This document shows positions 1-10,459 of a DNA stretch of 32,000 nucleotides, piece after piece. The notes beneath the pieces were generated by a model. The model saw only the letters and a program-made list of their open reading frames with translations. It ran no database searches and was not told where the DNA came from. Position 1 is the first letter of the stretch. Each line of letters starts with the position of its first letter. A program made the position numbers and the translations under genes. The DNA comes from Halorhodospira halophila SL1 (GTDB lineage: Bacteria; Pseudomonadota; Gammaproteobacteria; Nitrococcales; Halorhodospiraceae): assembly GCF_000015585.1 (NCBI RefSeq), contig NC_008789.1, positions 1,590,001 through 1,622,000 of the forward strand, in the 5' to 3' direction.

Positions 1-932
1 CCCGGTGTCGCCGGATCATCGAAGAGGGCTTCGAGGTGGACTATCTGCGCCCGCGCCCCCTGATCAAGATCACCGGCGAATTCTGGGCCCAGACCACTGA
101 GGGCGACGGCAACTTCCGCATGTTCGAGTTCCTTGAGGCCGAAGGGGCCGAGATCCAGGTGGAGCCGGTCGCCGGATGGGTCGATTACATGCGCTACGGC
201 CTCCACGGCCAGCTCGAAGAAGCCCGGGCGGCCGAGGACCCGCCCGCCGGCGCCCGGTCCGGCCAGGCCCTGTTGCGGGTGGCCACCACGCGGGTACGCC
301 ACTGGCTGATCAAGCAGACCGGCCGGCTCCTCCACCGCGAGTACGACCGCATGCGTGCCGCCCTGCGCGACTGCCCGGCCCCACTGGCCGATCAACGCAC
401 CCTGGAGCGTCTCGGCCGTCCCTACTACCATCCAAGAATCACCGGTGGCGAGGGACATCTGGAGGTGGCCAAGACGCTCTACTACCACCGCCATCGACTG
501 GCCCACATGACCCTGTCGCTCAAACCCTTCGGGTGCATGCCCTCCACCCAGTCCGACGGGGCACAGGCGGCGGTGCAGGCGGACGACCCGGATATCCGCT
601 TCCTGCCCATCGAGACCTCCGGCGAGGGCGAGATCAACGCCTACTCGCGGGCCCAGATGGCCCTCGGCGAGGCCCGCGAGTCCGCCCGCAGCGAGTTCCG
701 CGATGCACTCGCCCGAAGCGGCCACGATCTGGCTACCCTGCGCGCCTACATCGCCGAGAGACCACAGCTGCGCAGCCCGCTCTACCCGATCCCGCAGAGC
801 GATGCGGCGATCAGCCGGGCAGCGCGGTTCGTCCACCACCTGGCGGAGCGCATGCCCACCCGTGCGGAGGGACCCCGCCCCGCCGGCACCGAAGGCAAGC
901 AGCGGGAGATCCGCCATGTCGACCCCCGGTGA
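1..932 (+). CDS. 2-hydroxyacyl-CoA dehydratase-related (DUF2229-type) protein, 3' fragment; 5' end lies outside the window
   Basis: The frame is open from nt 3 to the TGA at 930-932. It carries the motif SLKPFGCMPSTQSDG and resembles the C-terminal module of the downstream protein (NFKCGHDAPIYS). Its stop lies 17 nt inside the next CDS, which suggests coupling. Confidence 0.6.
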   Translation, partial: RCRRIIEEGFEVDYLRPRPLIKITGEFWAQTTEGDGNFRMFEFLEAEGAEIQVEPVAGWVDYMRYGLHGQLEEARAAEDPPAGARSGQALLRVATTRVRHWLIKQTGRLLHREYDRMRAALRDCPAPLADQRTLERLGRPYYHPRITGGEGHLEVAKTLYYHRHRLAHMTLSLKPFGCMPSTQSDGAQAAVQADDPDIRFLPIETSGEGEINAYSRAQMALGEARESARSEFRDALARSGHDLATLRAYIAERPQLRSPLYPIPQSDAAISRAARFVHHLAERMPTRAEGPRPAGTEGKQREIRHVDPR

Positions 933-3900
933 GCACGCACCGCTGCTCGTCGGCCTGGATGTCGGCTCGACCACGGTCAAGGCCGTGGTCATCGACAGCG
1001 CCGACGATACCCTGCTCTGGCACGATTACCGCCGGCACGAGACGCGACAGCTGGAGACCGTGCGCGACTTCCTGGCGCGAATCGAGGCCGCTGTGCCGGC
1101 GGCACGGCGCGGCGATCTGCGCCTGTTTGCCACCGGCTCCGGTGGAGGCAGTGTCGCCGAAGCCCTGGAGACGCGGTTCGTGCAGGAAGTCCACGCCGTC
1201 TCCCTGGCCGTCGAGGCACGCTTCCCCGACGTCGGCAGCGTGGTGGAACTCGGTGGCCAGGATGCCAAAATCATCGTCTTCAAGACGCTGGAGGATGGCA
1301 GCAAGCGCAAGATCCCGGCCATGAACGACAAATGCGCCGGTGGCACCGGCGCCGTGATCGACAAAATCGCCGCCAAGCTGGCCATCGCACCGGATCAACT
1401 TGGCGACACGGGGTATCTCGGCCACACCATCCACCCGGTCGCCGGGAAGTGCGGAGTCTTCGCCGAGACCGATATCAACTCGCTGCAGAAGCAGGGCGTC
1501 GCCGCCGAGGATCTGATGGCCTCGCTGTTCGAGGCCATCGTGCAACAGAACCTGTCGGTCCTGACCCGGGGTCATACCCTGCAGCCCCGGGTCCTCCTGC
1601 TCGGCGGCCCGAACACCTACATCCGCGGCCTACAGGAGTGCTGGCGAACCCATATCCACGCCCTCTGGGAGGAGCGGGGCGTCGACTGGGACACCCCGCT
1701 GGAGACGGCTGTCCACGTCCCCGAACAGGCGCAGTACTTCGCCGCCATCGGGGCAGTCGCCTTCGGACGGAGCGAACTGGCCGATGACCCGGAAGCCGGG
1801 CGCTACCCCGGTCCGGGCGGCCTCGATCAGTGGCTGGCGGGGCAGCGTACTGGCGGCCACCGGCCGGGCGGCGCGCCACCGCTGGTCCGCGATCACGCCG
1901 AGCTGGCGCGTTTCCTGCGCGAGTTCCAGCCCCAGCCCTGGCAGCCGGCCCGCTTCTCCCCCGGCGAACAGGTGGCCGGCTATCTGGGGATCGACGCCGG
2001 GTCCACCTCCACCAAGGGCGTCCTGCTGGATCCGGACGGCGAGGTCCTTGCCAAGGCCTACCGACTCTCCGGAGGCAACCCCATCGAAGACGCCGTGGCC
2101 CTGCTCGCCGAGCTCGAGACGGCGGTGCTGCGTCAGGGGGCTGAACTCGAAGTGCTCGGCGTGGGAACCACAGGCTACGCCAAGGACATCCTGCGCGACG
2201 TGCTCCACGCCGACACCGCCGTGGTCGAGACCGTGGCCCACGCCCACGCCTGCGAACACGAACACCCCGGGACCGACTGCATCGTGGATGTCGGCGGCCA
2301 GGACATCAAGCTGATGTTCCTGCGCGACGGGCGGGTCCGCGACTTCCGGCTCAACACCCAGTGCTCGGCGGGTAACGGCTACTTCCTGCAAGCCACCGCG
2401 CGTGCCTTCGGCATGGAACTCGACGACTACGCCGAGGCGGCACTCAGCGCCGAAGCGATGCCAGAGTTCAACCACGGCTGCGCCGTCTTCCTGCAATCGG
2501 ACATCGTCGACTTCCAGCGCAAGGGCTGGCAGCGCCACGAGATCCTCGCCGGCCTGGCCGCCGTCCTGCCCAAGAACATCTGGCTCTACGTGGCGCAACT
2601 GCCGAACCCCGCCGACCTCGGGGAACGCTTTGTTCTGCAGGGCGGGACACAGCACAATCTGGCGGCCGTCAAAGCCCAGGTGGACTACCTGCGCGAGCGT
2701 TTCAGCCAGATCGGCGCGGAGTGCGACATCCGCGTCCACCGCCACTGCGGCGAGTCCGGGGCCATTGGGGCCGGGTTGGAGGCCCGCCGACTCCACCGCA
2801 GCGAGCACCGCCGGTCCACCTTCATTGGCTTCGAACGGGCCCGCCGCCTCCAGCACCATACCGTCCGCGACGAGCGCACACGCTGCCGATTCTGCCGCAA
2901 CCTGTGCCTGCGCACCTTCATCGACGTCGCCACCGGCGACGTCACCGATCCCGCGGCAGAGGCCAACACGCCGGCACAGACGTCCGTCCCCCTGGCCCCC
3001 GGCTTTCGGCGTCTGATCATCGCCTCTTGCGAGCAGGGCGAGGTGGAGGACAAGGCGGCCATGCAGCGCATTAAGGCCGTCCTCGACCGCGACGCCGAGC
3101 GCACCCCGAACCACCTAGATCGCGCCGCCCGCGAGGTCTTCCGCACGCCGGAGGTCGAGTCGGTGGCCGATCCACTGCCGCAGACGCGCCTACCCGGCCT
3201 GCTGGGCCGAACCAGCGTGCGCCGTCGGGCTGCCATGGAGTACCGCCGACAGGTCCGTATCGGGCTGCCCCGGGTCCTGAACCTCTACAGCTGTGCCCCC
3301 TTCTTCCTCGGTTACTTCACCGCGCTCGGCGTCCCTGAGCGCGCGCTGGTCTTCTCGGACTACACGGACCCGGAGCTCTACCGCCGGGGGGCCAACCGCG
3401 GCAGCATCGATCCCTGCTTCCCCAGCAAGTTGGGCATTCCCCACGTCCACAACCTGCTCACCCGGAAACACCGCCGGCGCCCGCTCACCCACATCTTCTT
3501 TCCGATGATCAAGAGCCTGCCAGGGGCCCTCGACGGCGTGCTGGCTGCCCAGGCGTGCCCCACCGTTCCGGGCACCGCCGAGGCCACCCACGCCGCCTTC
3601 CGGCGGGAAGGGGACGTATTCGCCGAGCACGGGATCCGCTTCAGGAAAACCCTGGTCAGCCTGGACGATCCAGCGCTGTGTGCCGAGCAGATGCGGGCCG
3701 ACTGGGGGGCAGAACTGGGCATCAGCCCAGCGGAGTCACGGCGTGCCGCGGAACAGGGCCTGGCGGCACTGCACGCCTTCCACCAGCGAATGGAGGACGA
3801 ACAGCGCCAGACGTTGCAGCGACTGGAGCAGGAGGGGCGGGTCGGCATCGGGGTGCTCGGGCGCCCCTACCACAATGACCCGGGCATCAACCACGGCATC

Positions 3901-4329
3901 CTCGACGACCTGCAGCGCAAGGGCTACCCGATCCTCTGGCAGGACGCCCTGCCCCGGGATCCAGCCACCCTCGAGCAGCTGTTTGGCGCCGAAGTCCGCG
4001 CCGGCGCCATGCGCTCGGCCCTGGCCATCGATGACGTATGGAAACACGATTTCTCGGAGCACAGCTCACGCAAACTCTGGGCGGCTAAATTCATCGCCCG
4101 CCACCCCAATCTGGTTGCCGTGGAGCTGTCGAACTTCAAGTGCGGCCATGACGCCCCAATCTACTCGGTGATCGAGGCGATCATCGAGCAATCCGGCACG
4201 CCCTACTTCTGCTTCAAGGACCTCGATGAGAACCGGCCCGGGGGGTCGATCCAGATCCGCACCGAGACCATCGACTACTTCCTGCAGCGCTACCAGGCCG
4301 ACCTGCCCGCTGGACGTTCGGCCGCCTGA
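916..4329 (+). CDS. Fusion protein (1137 aa): two BcrAD/BadFG-type ASKHA ATPase (CoA-enzyme activase) modules plus a dehydratase-like C-terminal module
   Basis: ATG at 916 gives MSTPGEHAPLLVGLDVGSTTVKAVVID. A second ATPase module starts near nt 1980 (GIDAGSTSTKGVLLD). Cluster-ligand contexts are NDKCAGGTGA and NTQCSAGNG, and there is a CxxCxxxC motif (RCRFCRNLC, ~nt 2880). The C-terminal half is typical of activase-fused dehydratase-like domains. I rejected the ORF-track start at 703 because it lies inside the upstream CDS. Confidence 0.8.
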   Translation: MSTPGEHAPLLVGLDVGSTTVKAVVIDSADDTLLWHDYRRHETRQLETVRDFLARIEAAVPAARRGDLRLFATGSGGGSVAEALETRFVQEVHAVSLAVEARFPDVGSVVELGGQDAKIIVFKTLEDGSKRKIPAMNDKCAGGTGAVIDKIAAKLAIAPDQLGDTGYLGHTIHPVAGKCGVFAETDINSLQKQGVAAEDLMASLFEAIVQQNLSVLTRGHTLQPRVLLLGGPNTYIRGLQECWRTHIHALWEERGVDWDTPLETAVHVPEQAQYFAAIGAVAFGRSELADDPEAGRYPGPGGLDQWLAGQRTGGHRPGGAPPLVRDHAELARFLREFQPQPWQPARFSPGEQVAGYLGIDAGSTSTKGVLLDPDGEVLAKAYRLSGGNPIEDAVALLAELETAVLRQGAELEVLGVGTTGYAKDILRDVLHADTAVVETVAHAHACEHEHPGTDCIVDVGGQDIKLMFLRDGRVRDFRLNTQCSAGNGYFLQATARAFGMELDDYAEAALSAEAMPEFNHGCAVFLQSDIVDFQRKGWQRHEILAGLAAVLPKNIWLYVAQLPNPADLGERFVLQGGTQHNLAAVKAQVDYLRERFSQIGAECDIRVHRHCGESGAIGAGLEARRLHRSEHRRSTFIGFERARRLQHHTVRDERTRCRFCRNLCLRTFIDVATGDVTDPAAEANTPAQTSVPLAPGFRRLIIASCEQGEVEDKAAMQRIKAVLDRDAERTPNHLDRAAREVFRTPEVESVADPLPQTRLPGLLGRTSVRRRAAMEYRRQVRIGLPRVLNLYSCAPFFLGYFTALGVPERALVFSDYTDPELYRRGANRGSIDPCFPSKLGIPHVHNLLTRKHRRRPLTHIFFPMIKSLPGALDGVLAAQACPTVPGTAEATHAAFRREGDVFAEHGIRFRKTLVSLDDPALCAEQMRADWGAELGISPAESRRAAEQGLAALHAFHQRMEDEQRQTLQRLEQEGRVGIGVLGRPYHNDPGINHGILDDLQRKGYPILWQDALPRDPATLEQLFGAEVRAGAMRSALAIDDVWKHDFSEHSSRKLWAAKFIARHPNLVAVELSNFKCGHDAPIYSVIEAIIEQSGTPYFCFKDLDENRPGGSIQIRTETIDYFLQRYQADLPAGRSAA

Positions 4330-4336
4330 GCAGCGG

Positions 4337-4367
4337 GCGGTGCGGGGCAGCCCCCACACCGCACCGC
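4337..4367. terminator. Stem-loop between the convergent activase-fusion and dapB genes (candidate bidirectional terminator)
   Basis: GCGGTGCGG (4337-4345) pairs perfectly with CCGCACCGC (4359-4367) around a 13-nt loop. It lies in the 42-nt gap between two stop codons. There is no clear U-tract. Confidence 0.45.
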
Positions 4368-4371
4368 GGCT

Positions 4372-5175
4372 TCAGACGCCGATCATGTCGCGCATGTCGT
4401 AGAGCCCCGGCGGCTGCTCGACCACCCAGGCGGCGGCCCGCACGGCGCCGGAGGCGAAGGTGGTGCGGCTTGAGGCCTTGTGGGTCAGCTCGACGCGTTC
4501 GCCATCCCCACCGAAGAGCACCGTGTGATCACCGACGATGTCGCCGGCGCGGATGGTCTCGAAGCCGATGGTCTGGGGATCCCGTTCGCCGGTGTGTCCC
4601 TCGCGACCGTAGACGGCACACTGACTCAGGTCGCGCCCCAGGGCGTCGGCCACCGCCTCGCCCAGGCGCAGGGCGGTCCCGGACGGCGCGTCCACCTTGT
4701 GGCGGTGGTGGGCCTCGATGATCTCGATATCGCTGTATACGCCAATGGCGCGCGCCGCCTGCTCCACCAGCGCGGTCAGCAGCGTGACCCCAGTGGAGTA
4801 GTTGGCCGCATGCATCACGGCGACTTGCTCCGCCAGTCGGTGGACCGCCTCGCGCTGGGTCTCGCCCAGGCCGGTGGTCCCCAGCACCAGCGGACGACCC
4901 GCCTCCGCACACGCGGCGGCCACCGTCTCGGTCGCCTCCGGCAGGCTGAAATCGATAACCGCGTCACTGGCGGCCACGGCGGCCGGGATATCGTCACCGA
5001 TCGGCACCCCCAAGGAGCCCTGCCCGGCCAACTCGCCGGCATCTCGGCCAACGGCCTCGCCGCCGGTCCGATCGGTGGCTGCCGCCACATGGACCCCCGG
5101 CTGCCGGTGCACGACCTCGATCAGCATACGGCCCATACGACCACCGGCCCCGATGATGCCGATGCCCAGGCTCAT
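4372..5175 (-). CDS. dapB: 4-hydroxy-tetrahydrodipicolinate reductase
   Basis: Starts [15 protein letters not shown] (N-terminal NAD(P) fold) and carries the [15 protein letters not shown] signature. The ATG at 5175-5173 overlaps the dnaJ TGA (5174-5172) as ATGA. I rejected the longer ORF-track start at 5217. Confidence 0.9.
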
Positions 5176-6329
5176 ATCCGCCACTCCTCGATGAAGCGCT
5201 TGACCTTGTCCAGCCACGACGAGGTGTGCGGATGGTGCTTGCCGCCGGTGTCCTGCAGGGTCGCCTGGAACTCCTCAAGCAGCTCACGCTGGCGCTTGGT
5301 CAGGTTGACCGGTGTCTCGACGTGGATCCGGCAGAGCAGATCACCCTGACGGTTGCCGCGCACCGGCTTCACGCCCTTGCCGCGCAGACGGAAGACTTGG
5401 TTGGGCTGCGTCCCCGGCGGGATGCGCAGGTTGACGCGACCGTCGAGGGTGGGGACCTCCACCTCACCACCCAGGGCCGCGGTGACGATATCCACCGGCA
5501 CCTGACAGTGCAGATCCGCGCCGTCGCGCTCGAAGAACTCGTGCTCGCGCACGGCCACCTGCACGTAAAGATCACCGGGCGGCCCCCCCCGCTCACCCGG
5601 CTCACCTTCACCGGAGAGGCGGATTCGGTCGCCGGTATCGACACCGGCGGGGATGCGCACATTGAGCGTCTTGCGATCCTCGACCCGACCCCGTCCCCGG
5701 CACTTGGGACACGGATCGGTCACCATGGTCCCTTCACCACCACAGCGCGGGCAGGTCTGCTGGATCGAGAAGAAGCCCTGTTGGACGCGCACATCGCCGT
5801 GGCCCTTACACGTCGGGCAGGTCTGCGGCTTGGAGCCGGCCCGCGAACCCGAGCCCTTGCAGGCGTCGCACTCGACGTGGGTCGGCACCTGGATCTGCTC
5901 CTCGGTACCCCGCACGGCGTCCTCGAGGCTCAGCTCCAGGGTGTAGCGCAGATCGGCGCCGCGGAAGGCGCGGCTGCGGCCACCGCCGCGACCACCCCCC
6001 GACCCGAAGATATCGCCGAAGACATCGGAGAAGATATCCGAGAAATCGGGACCGCCCGGACCGGCCCCGCCACCGTAGCCACGCGGCCCGCCGCCAGCCG
6101 ACGGATCCACTCCGGCGTGGCCGAACTGATCGTAGGCGGCGCGCTTCTGCGCGTCGGAGAGGACCTCGTAGGCCTCTTTGACCTCCTTAAAGCGCTCGGC
6201 CGATTCCTCATCCCCCGGGTTGCGGTCCGGGTGGAACTTCTGGGCCATGCGCCGGTAGGCCTTCTTGATCTCGGCATCGGAGGCATTCTTGTTGACCCCC
6301 AACACCTCGTAGTAGTCACGCTTCGCCAT
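5172..6329 (-). CDS. dnaJ: Molecular chaperone DnaJ
   Basis: Has a J-domain ([12 protein letters not shown]...HPDRNPGD), a Gly-rich linker and four CxxCxGxG zinc motifs ([32 protein letters not shown]). Confidence 0.97.
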
Positions 6330-6364
6330 AGGCTGCTCCGCGTTTCAGCACCCGGTAACGACAA

Positions 6365-6394
6365 AGGCGCAGGAGGGTATCCCACCCTGCGCCT
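6365..6394 (-). terminator. Stem-loop in the dnaK-dnaJ spacer (possible attenuator or partial terminator)
   Basis: AGGCGCAGG (6365-6373) pairs with CCTGCGCCT (6386-6394). On the minus-strand RNA the stem is followed by UUGUCGUU. Confidence 0.4.
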
Positions 6395-6439
6395 CCGCTG
6401 TGGCGGCGGCCCACCCCACGGCGGACCGCCGGCTGCGGC

Positions 6440-8383
6440 TCACTTACGGGAGTTGCCGTCCTCGTCCTTGACCTCCTCGAAGTCGGCGTCCACGACGTCC
6501 TCCTTCTGCTCGCCGGACGCCGTCTCACCGGCGCCCGCATCCGCGGAGGCCTCGTCGCCACCACCGGCCTGCTGATACGCCTTCTGCGCCAGCTCACCGG
6601 CCTTGGTCGCCAACTCTTGGGTCTTCTGTTCGATGGCGTCCTTGTCTTCGCCATCCTTGACCTGCTCGAGCTCGCTGATCGCGCTCTCGATCTCTTGCTT
6701 TTCGGCGTCACCCACCTGCTCACCGAGATCGGACAGCGACTTGCGCGTCGAGTGGATCATGTTCTCGGCCTGGTTGCGGGCCTCGACCAGCTCCCGCTGA
6801 CGCCGATCCTCCTCGGCATTCTCCTCGGCCTCCTTGACCATACGCTCGATCTCGTCCTCGGTCAGCCCGGAGGAGGCCTTGATCTCGATGCCGGTCTCCT
6901 TGCCGGTGGCCTTGTCCTTGGCCGAGACGTTGAGGATGCCGTTGGCGTCGATGTCGAAGGCGACCTCAATCTGCGGCACGCCCCGCGGCGACGGCGGGAT
7001 ATCGGTCAGGTCGAAACGACCCAGGGACTTGTTGTCCTTGGCCATCTCCCGCTCGCCCTGGAGGACGTGGACCGTTACGGCGGTCTGGTTGTCCTCGGCG
7101 GTGGAGAAGGTCTGCGTCCCCTTGGTGGGGATGGTGGTGTTCTTCTCGATGATCTTGGTCATCACCCCGCCCAGGGTCTCGATACCCAGCGACAGCGGCG
7201 TGACGTCGAGCAGCAGGACGTCCTTGACGTCGCCCCCGAGCACACCGGCCTGGATCGCCGCGCCGACGGCCACGGCCTCGTCCGGGTTGACGTCCTTGCG
7301 CGGATCTTGGCCGAAGTACTCCTTGACCTTCTCCTGGACCTTCGGCATCCGCGTCTGGCCACCGACGAGGATCACGTCCTGGATGTCGCCGGCTGCAAGG
7401 CCTGCGTCCTTGAGCGCGGTTTTGCACGGCTCGATGGTGCGCTCAACCAGATCCTCGACGAGGGACTCCAGCTTGGCCCGGGTGAGCTTGATGGCCATGT
7501 GCTTGGGACCGCTCTGATCCGCGGTGATGTAGGGCAGGTTGATCTCGGTCTGCTGGCTCGAGGAGAGCTCCACCTTGGCCTTCTCGGCGGCCTCACGCAG
7601 ACGCTGCAGGGCCAGATGGTCCTGCGCGAGATCGATGCCCTGATCCTTCTTGAACTCCTGGATCAGGTAGTCAATGATCCGCTTGTCGAAGTCCTCACCG
7701 CCAAGGAAGGTGTCGCCGGAGGTGGAGAGCACCTCGAACTGCTTCTCGCCGTCGACCTCGGCGATCTCGATGATCGAGACGTCGAAGGTGCCGCCGCCCA
7801 GGTCGTAGACCGCGACCTTCTTGTCGCCGCCCTCCTTGTCCAGGCCGTAGGCCAACGCCGCCGCAGTCGGCTCGTTGATGATGCGCTTGACCTCCAGACC
7901 GGCGATCTTGCCGGCATCCTTGGTGGCCTGACGCTGGGAGTCATTGAAGTACGCCGGCACGGTGATCACCGCCTCGGTGACCTCCTCACCCAGGTAGTCC
8001 TCGGCGGTGCTCTTCATCTTCTGCAGGGTGCGCGCGGAGACCTCCGGCGGCGCCATCTTCTTGCCCTGGGCCTCGACCCAGGCGTCTCCGTTGTCCGCCT
8101 TGACGATCTTGTACGGCATCTCCTTGATGTCGCGCTGGACGACATCCTCGTCGAAGCGCCGACCGATCAGGCGCTTCACCGCGTGGATGGTGTTCTCCGG
8201 GTTGGTGACCGACTGCCGCTTGGCCGGCGCACCGGTGAGCACCTCGCCGTCCTCGGCGAAGGCCACCACCGACGGGGTGGTACGATCCCCCTCCGCGTTC
8301 TCGATCACGCGGGTCTTGTTGCCCTCCATGACCGCCACGCACGAGTTGGTGGTGCCCAGGTCGATGCCGATGATCTTACCCAT
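6440..8383 (-). CDS. dnaK: Molecular chaperone DnaK (Hsp70)
   Basis: Starts [18 protein letters not shown], with full-length Hsp70 signatures ([22 protein letters not shown]). An AGGAG Shine-Dalgarno lies 7 nt upstream of the ATG. Confidence 0.98.
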
Positions 8384-8437
8384 AATTCGCTCCTGCTAAT
8401 CGTTGAATCTGTCCGGGCCTGATTGCCTACTGCCCCT

Positions 8438-8469
8438 TAAGTGCGGTGCCCGATCGGCTTTTTCAAGGG
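8438..8469 (-). promoter_or_regulatory. Sigma32 (heat-shock)-type promoter for dnaK
   Basis: The minus strand reads CCCTTGAAA-N14-CCGCACTTA. The E. coli sigma32 consensus is CCCTTGAA-N13-15-CCCCATNTA. The -10 element ends about 55 nt upstream of the dnaK ATG. Confidence 0.5.
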
Positions 8470-8500
8470 CCGGGACTCAAACCGACCGATCCGCCGGCTC

Positions 8501-9223
8501 TCAGGCAGTCTCATCCACGGATCCGCCACTGCCCGCGCCGCCGTCGCCCTTCTTGGCGACCACCACCAGCGCCGGGCGCAGCAGGCGATCCTGCAGGCGG
8601 TAGCCCTTCTGAACCACCTGGAGCACGGTATTCGGCTCCTGCTCGTCGCTGGGCTGCGCCGCCATGGCCTCGTGGTAGTCGGGATTGAAACGCTCGCCCT
8701 GCGGGTTGATCTCCTCGATCTCGAAGCGCTCAAAGACCTGGTTGAGCATCTTGAGCGTTAGCTGCGAGCCCTCGAGGAGCTTCTCGCGATCCGCCTCGGC
8801 GTCTTCGGCCGCCTGCACGCCCATCTCCAGGCTGTCCTTGACCTGCAGCAGATCCCCGCAGACCTTCTCCAGTCCCTGCCGCTTGGCCTGGTCGACGTCT
8901 TTCTCGGCGCGGCGCCGCGCGTTCTCCAGCTCGGCTCGCATGCGCAGCACCTGGTCCCAGTGCTCCTCGGCCTTCTGCTCGGCATCGGCCAGGGCCTTCT
9001 CGAGCTCCTCGACGCGTTGTCGCAGGGCTTCGGGATCCGCGCCGTCATCGGCCGACAAGCTGGCACCCGTGGCGGAATCCGCGCTCCCGTCCTGGAGCTC
9101 GCCCTCGACGGCCGCCGAGGCCTGGGTGGCCTGGGTCTGTTCAGCGGCCTCGGCCGTCGCCTGCGCCGGATCGCGCGTCTCGGGCTGCCCGTCGGTCGTG
9201 CTCTGTCGCTGGTTATCAGTCAT
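8501..9223 (-). CDS. grpE: Nucleotide exchange factor GrpE
   Basis: Has a long acidic N-terminus followed by the GrpE core (ENARRRAEKD...FNPDYHEAM...QKGYRLQDRLLRPALVVV). A GGAG Shine-Dalgarno lies 7 nt upstream. Confidence 0.95.
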   Translation of the reverse strand: MTDNQRQSTTDGQPETRDPAQATAEAAEQTQATQASAAVEGELQDGSADSATGASLSADDGADPEALRQRVEELEKALADAEQKAEEHWDQVLRMRAELENARRRAEKDVDQAKRQGLEKVCGDLLQVKDSLEMGVQAAEDAEADREKLLEGSQLTLKMLNQVFERFEIEEINPQGERFNPDYHEAMAAQPSDEQEPNTVLQVVQKGYRLQDRLLRPALVVVAKKGDGGAGSGGSVDETA

Positions 9224-9336
9224 ATGGCTGCTCCGCTGGATTGAGCCAGAAAACGGTCAACACGCAGCGCACCGCCCGACGGCTCGGGCGCCTCGGCCGG
9301 GTGCGCTGTCTCCTGCCTGGACACAGGTGTGGGGAT

Positions 9337-10392
9337 CTAACGGGGCGGATTCAAGGCCGACCCCACCAAACGGGCGGTGACATCGACGATCGGGATGATC
9401 CGATCGTAGGCCATGCGGGTCGGACCGATGACACCGAGCACCCCGGCGGCTTCGCCGGCGACCCCGTAGCGCGCGGTCACCAGCGAGAGGCCGTCAAAGA
9501 CCTCGTAACCGGCCTCCTGGCCGATGTAGATCTGGACACCGTCGGCCCGTGCACAGCGATCGAGGAGATGCAGGATATCGCGCTTCTGCGTGAAAGCCTC
9601 GAACAGCTGTCGCAGCCGATCGACATCGGAGAGCTCTTCAAACTCCATCAGGTTGGTCTGGCCGGCCACGACGTAGCCCTCGTCATCCTGCTCTTCGGCC
9701 AGGGCCTTCTCGCCGACCTCCACCGCCGAGCGCATCAACTCATCGAGCCGCTGTTGATCCGCCTGCATGGCCGCCAGCAGGCTTTGGCGCACCCGCGGCA
9801 GCTCCAAACCGGCGAACTCGGCATTGAGGTAGTTGGCGATGCGCTGAAGCTCCGCTTCGGAGAAATCGCGCTCGGTACGAATGACGCGATTCTGCACATC
9901 CCGTTCGTTGATCACCAGGATCGCCAGCACTCGGCAATCGGATAAAGGCAGGAACTCCACGTGGCGCAGTACCGCCCAGTCGCAGCGCGGCAGAGTCACG
10001 ACCCCGGCCAGGCGGGTCAGCTGCGAGAGCAGATCCGAGGCGGAGTCCGCTAGCTCTTCCGCGCCCTCGTCCCGGTCACGGGCCAGGCGCTGGCGCAGCC
10101 GCTCGACGGTATCCCCCCCGATGGGCTGCACCTGCAACAGGCAGTCAACATAGAAGCGCAAGCCGCGGTCGGTGGGCACCCGCCCGGCCGAGGTGTGCGG
10201 CGCAACCAGGTACCCGAGCTCTTCGAGATCGGCCATGACGTTGCGGATGGTCGCCGGGCTAACGGAGAGCCCCGCATCGCGGGCAAGGCTCCGCGAGCCG
10301 ACCGGTCTGCCGCTGTCGATGTAGCGACGCACCAGCGTGCGGAGCAGGATACGCGCGCGGTCGCCCAGCTCCAGATCGTGCGGCGGGCTCAT
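9337..10392 (-). CDS. hrcA: Heat-inducible transcription repressor HrcA
   Basis: Has a winged-helix N-terminus (GRPVGSRSLARDAGLSVSPATIRNVMADLEELGYL) and the typical length (351 aa). Confidence 0.93.
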   Translation of the reverse strand: MSPPHDLELGDRARILLRTLVRRYIDSGRPVGSRSLARDAGLSVSPATIRNVMADLEELGYLVAPHTSAGRVPTDRGLRFYVDCLLQVQPIGGDTVERLRQRLARDRDEGAEELADSASDLLSQLTRLAGVVTLPRCDWAVLRHVEFLPLSDCRVLAILVINERDVQNRVIRTERDFSEAELQRIANYLNAEFAGLELPRVRQSLLAAMQADQQRLDELMRSAVEVGEKALAEEQDDEGYVVAGQTNLMEFEELSDVDRLRQLFEAFTQKRDILHLLDRCARADGVQIYIGQEAGYEVFDGLSLVTARYGVAGEAAGVLGVIGPTRMAYDRIIPIVDVTARLVGSALNPPR

Positions 10393-10429
10393 GGCTCATG
10401 CACCACTGGTTGCGCGATTTCGCGGAGGG

Positions 10430-10456
10430 TTTGCACTCACCCCTAGCGAGTGCCAG
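10430..10456 (-). promoter_or_regulatory. CIRCE-like inverted repeat (HrcA operator) upstream of hrcA
   Basis: The plus strand reads TTTGCACTC-N9-GAGTGCCAG. The CIRCE consensus is TTAGCACTC-N9-GAGTGCTAA, and the core GCACTC-N9-GAGTGC is perfect. It lies 39-64 nt upstream of the hrcA ATG. Confidence 0.6.
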
Positions 10457-10459
10457 GTG

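Noticed and set aside
703-915. N-terminal extension of the activase fusion from the ORF-track start
   Set aside because: It lies inside the upstream CDS in another frame. The conserved ATPase N-terminus (LLVGLDVGSTTVK) begins right after the ATG at 916.
1630-3114. 494-aa ORF antisense to the activase fusion, plus the many 60-200-aa ORFs in alternate frames throughout the window
   Set aside because: These are GC-driven absence of stop codons. The translations are R/P/A/G-rich, and every one is nested in a gene with strong motif support.
6617-8422. 601-aa ORF antisense to the whole of dnaK
   Set aside because: It fully overlaps an unambiguous Hsp70 gene. Long stop-free antisense frames are expected in GC-rich genes and are a known feature opposite hsp70. 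The translation is low-complexity and rich in L/G/D/R/V, with no recognisable motifs and no Shine-Dalgarno.
9224-9336. Separate heat-shock promoter for grpE in the hrcA-grpE spacer
   Set aside because: There is a TTGACC hexamer but no acceptable -10 element at 16-18 nt and no CCCCAT-like element. Cotranscription with hrcA is the simpler reading.
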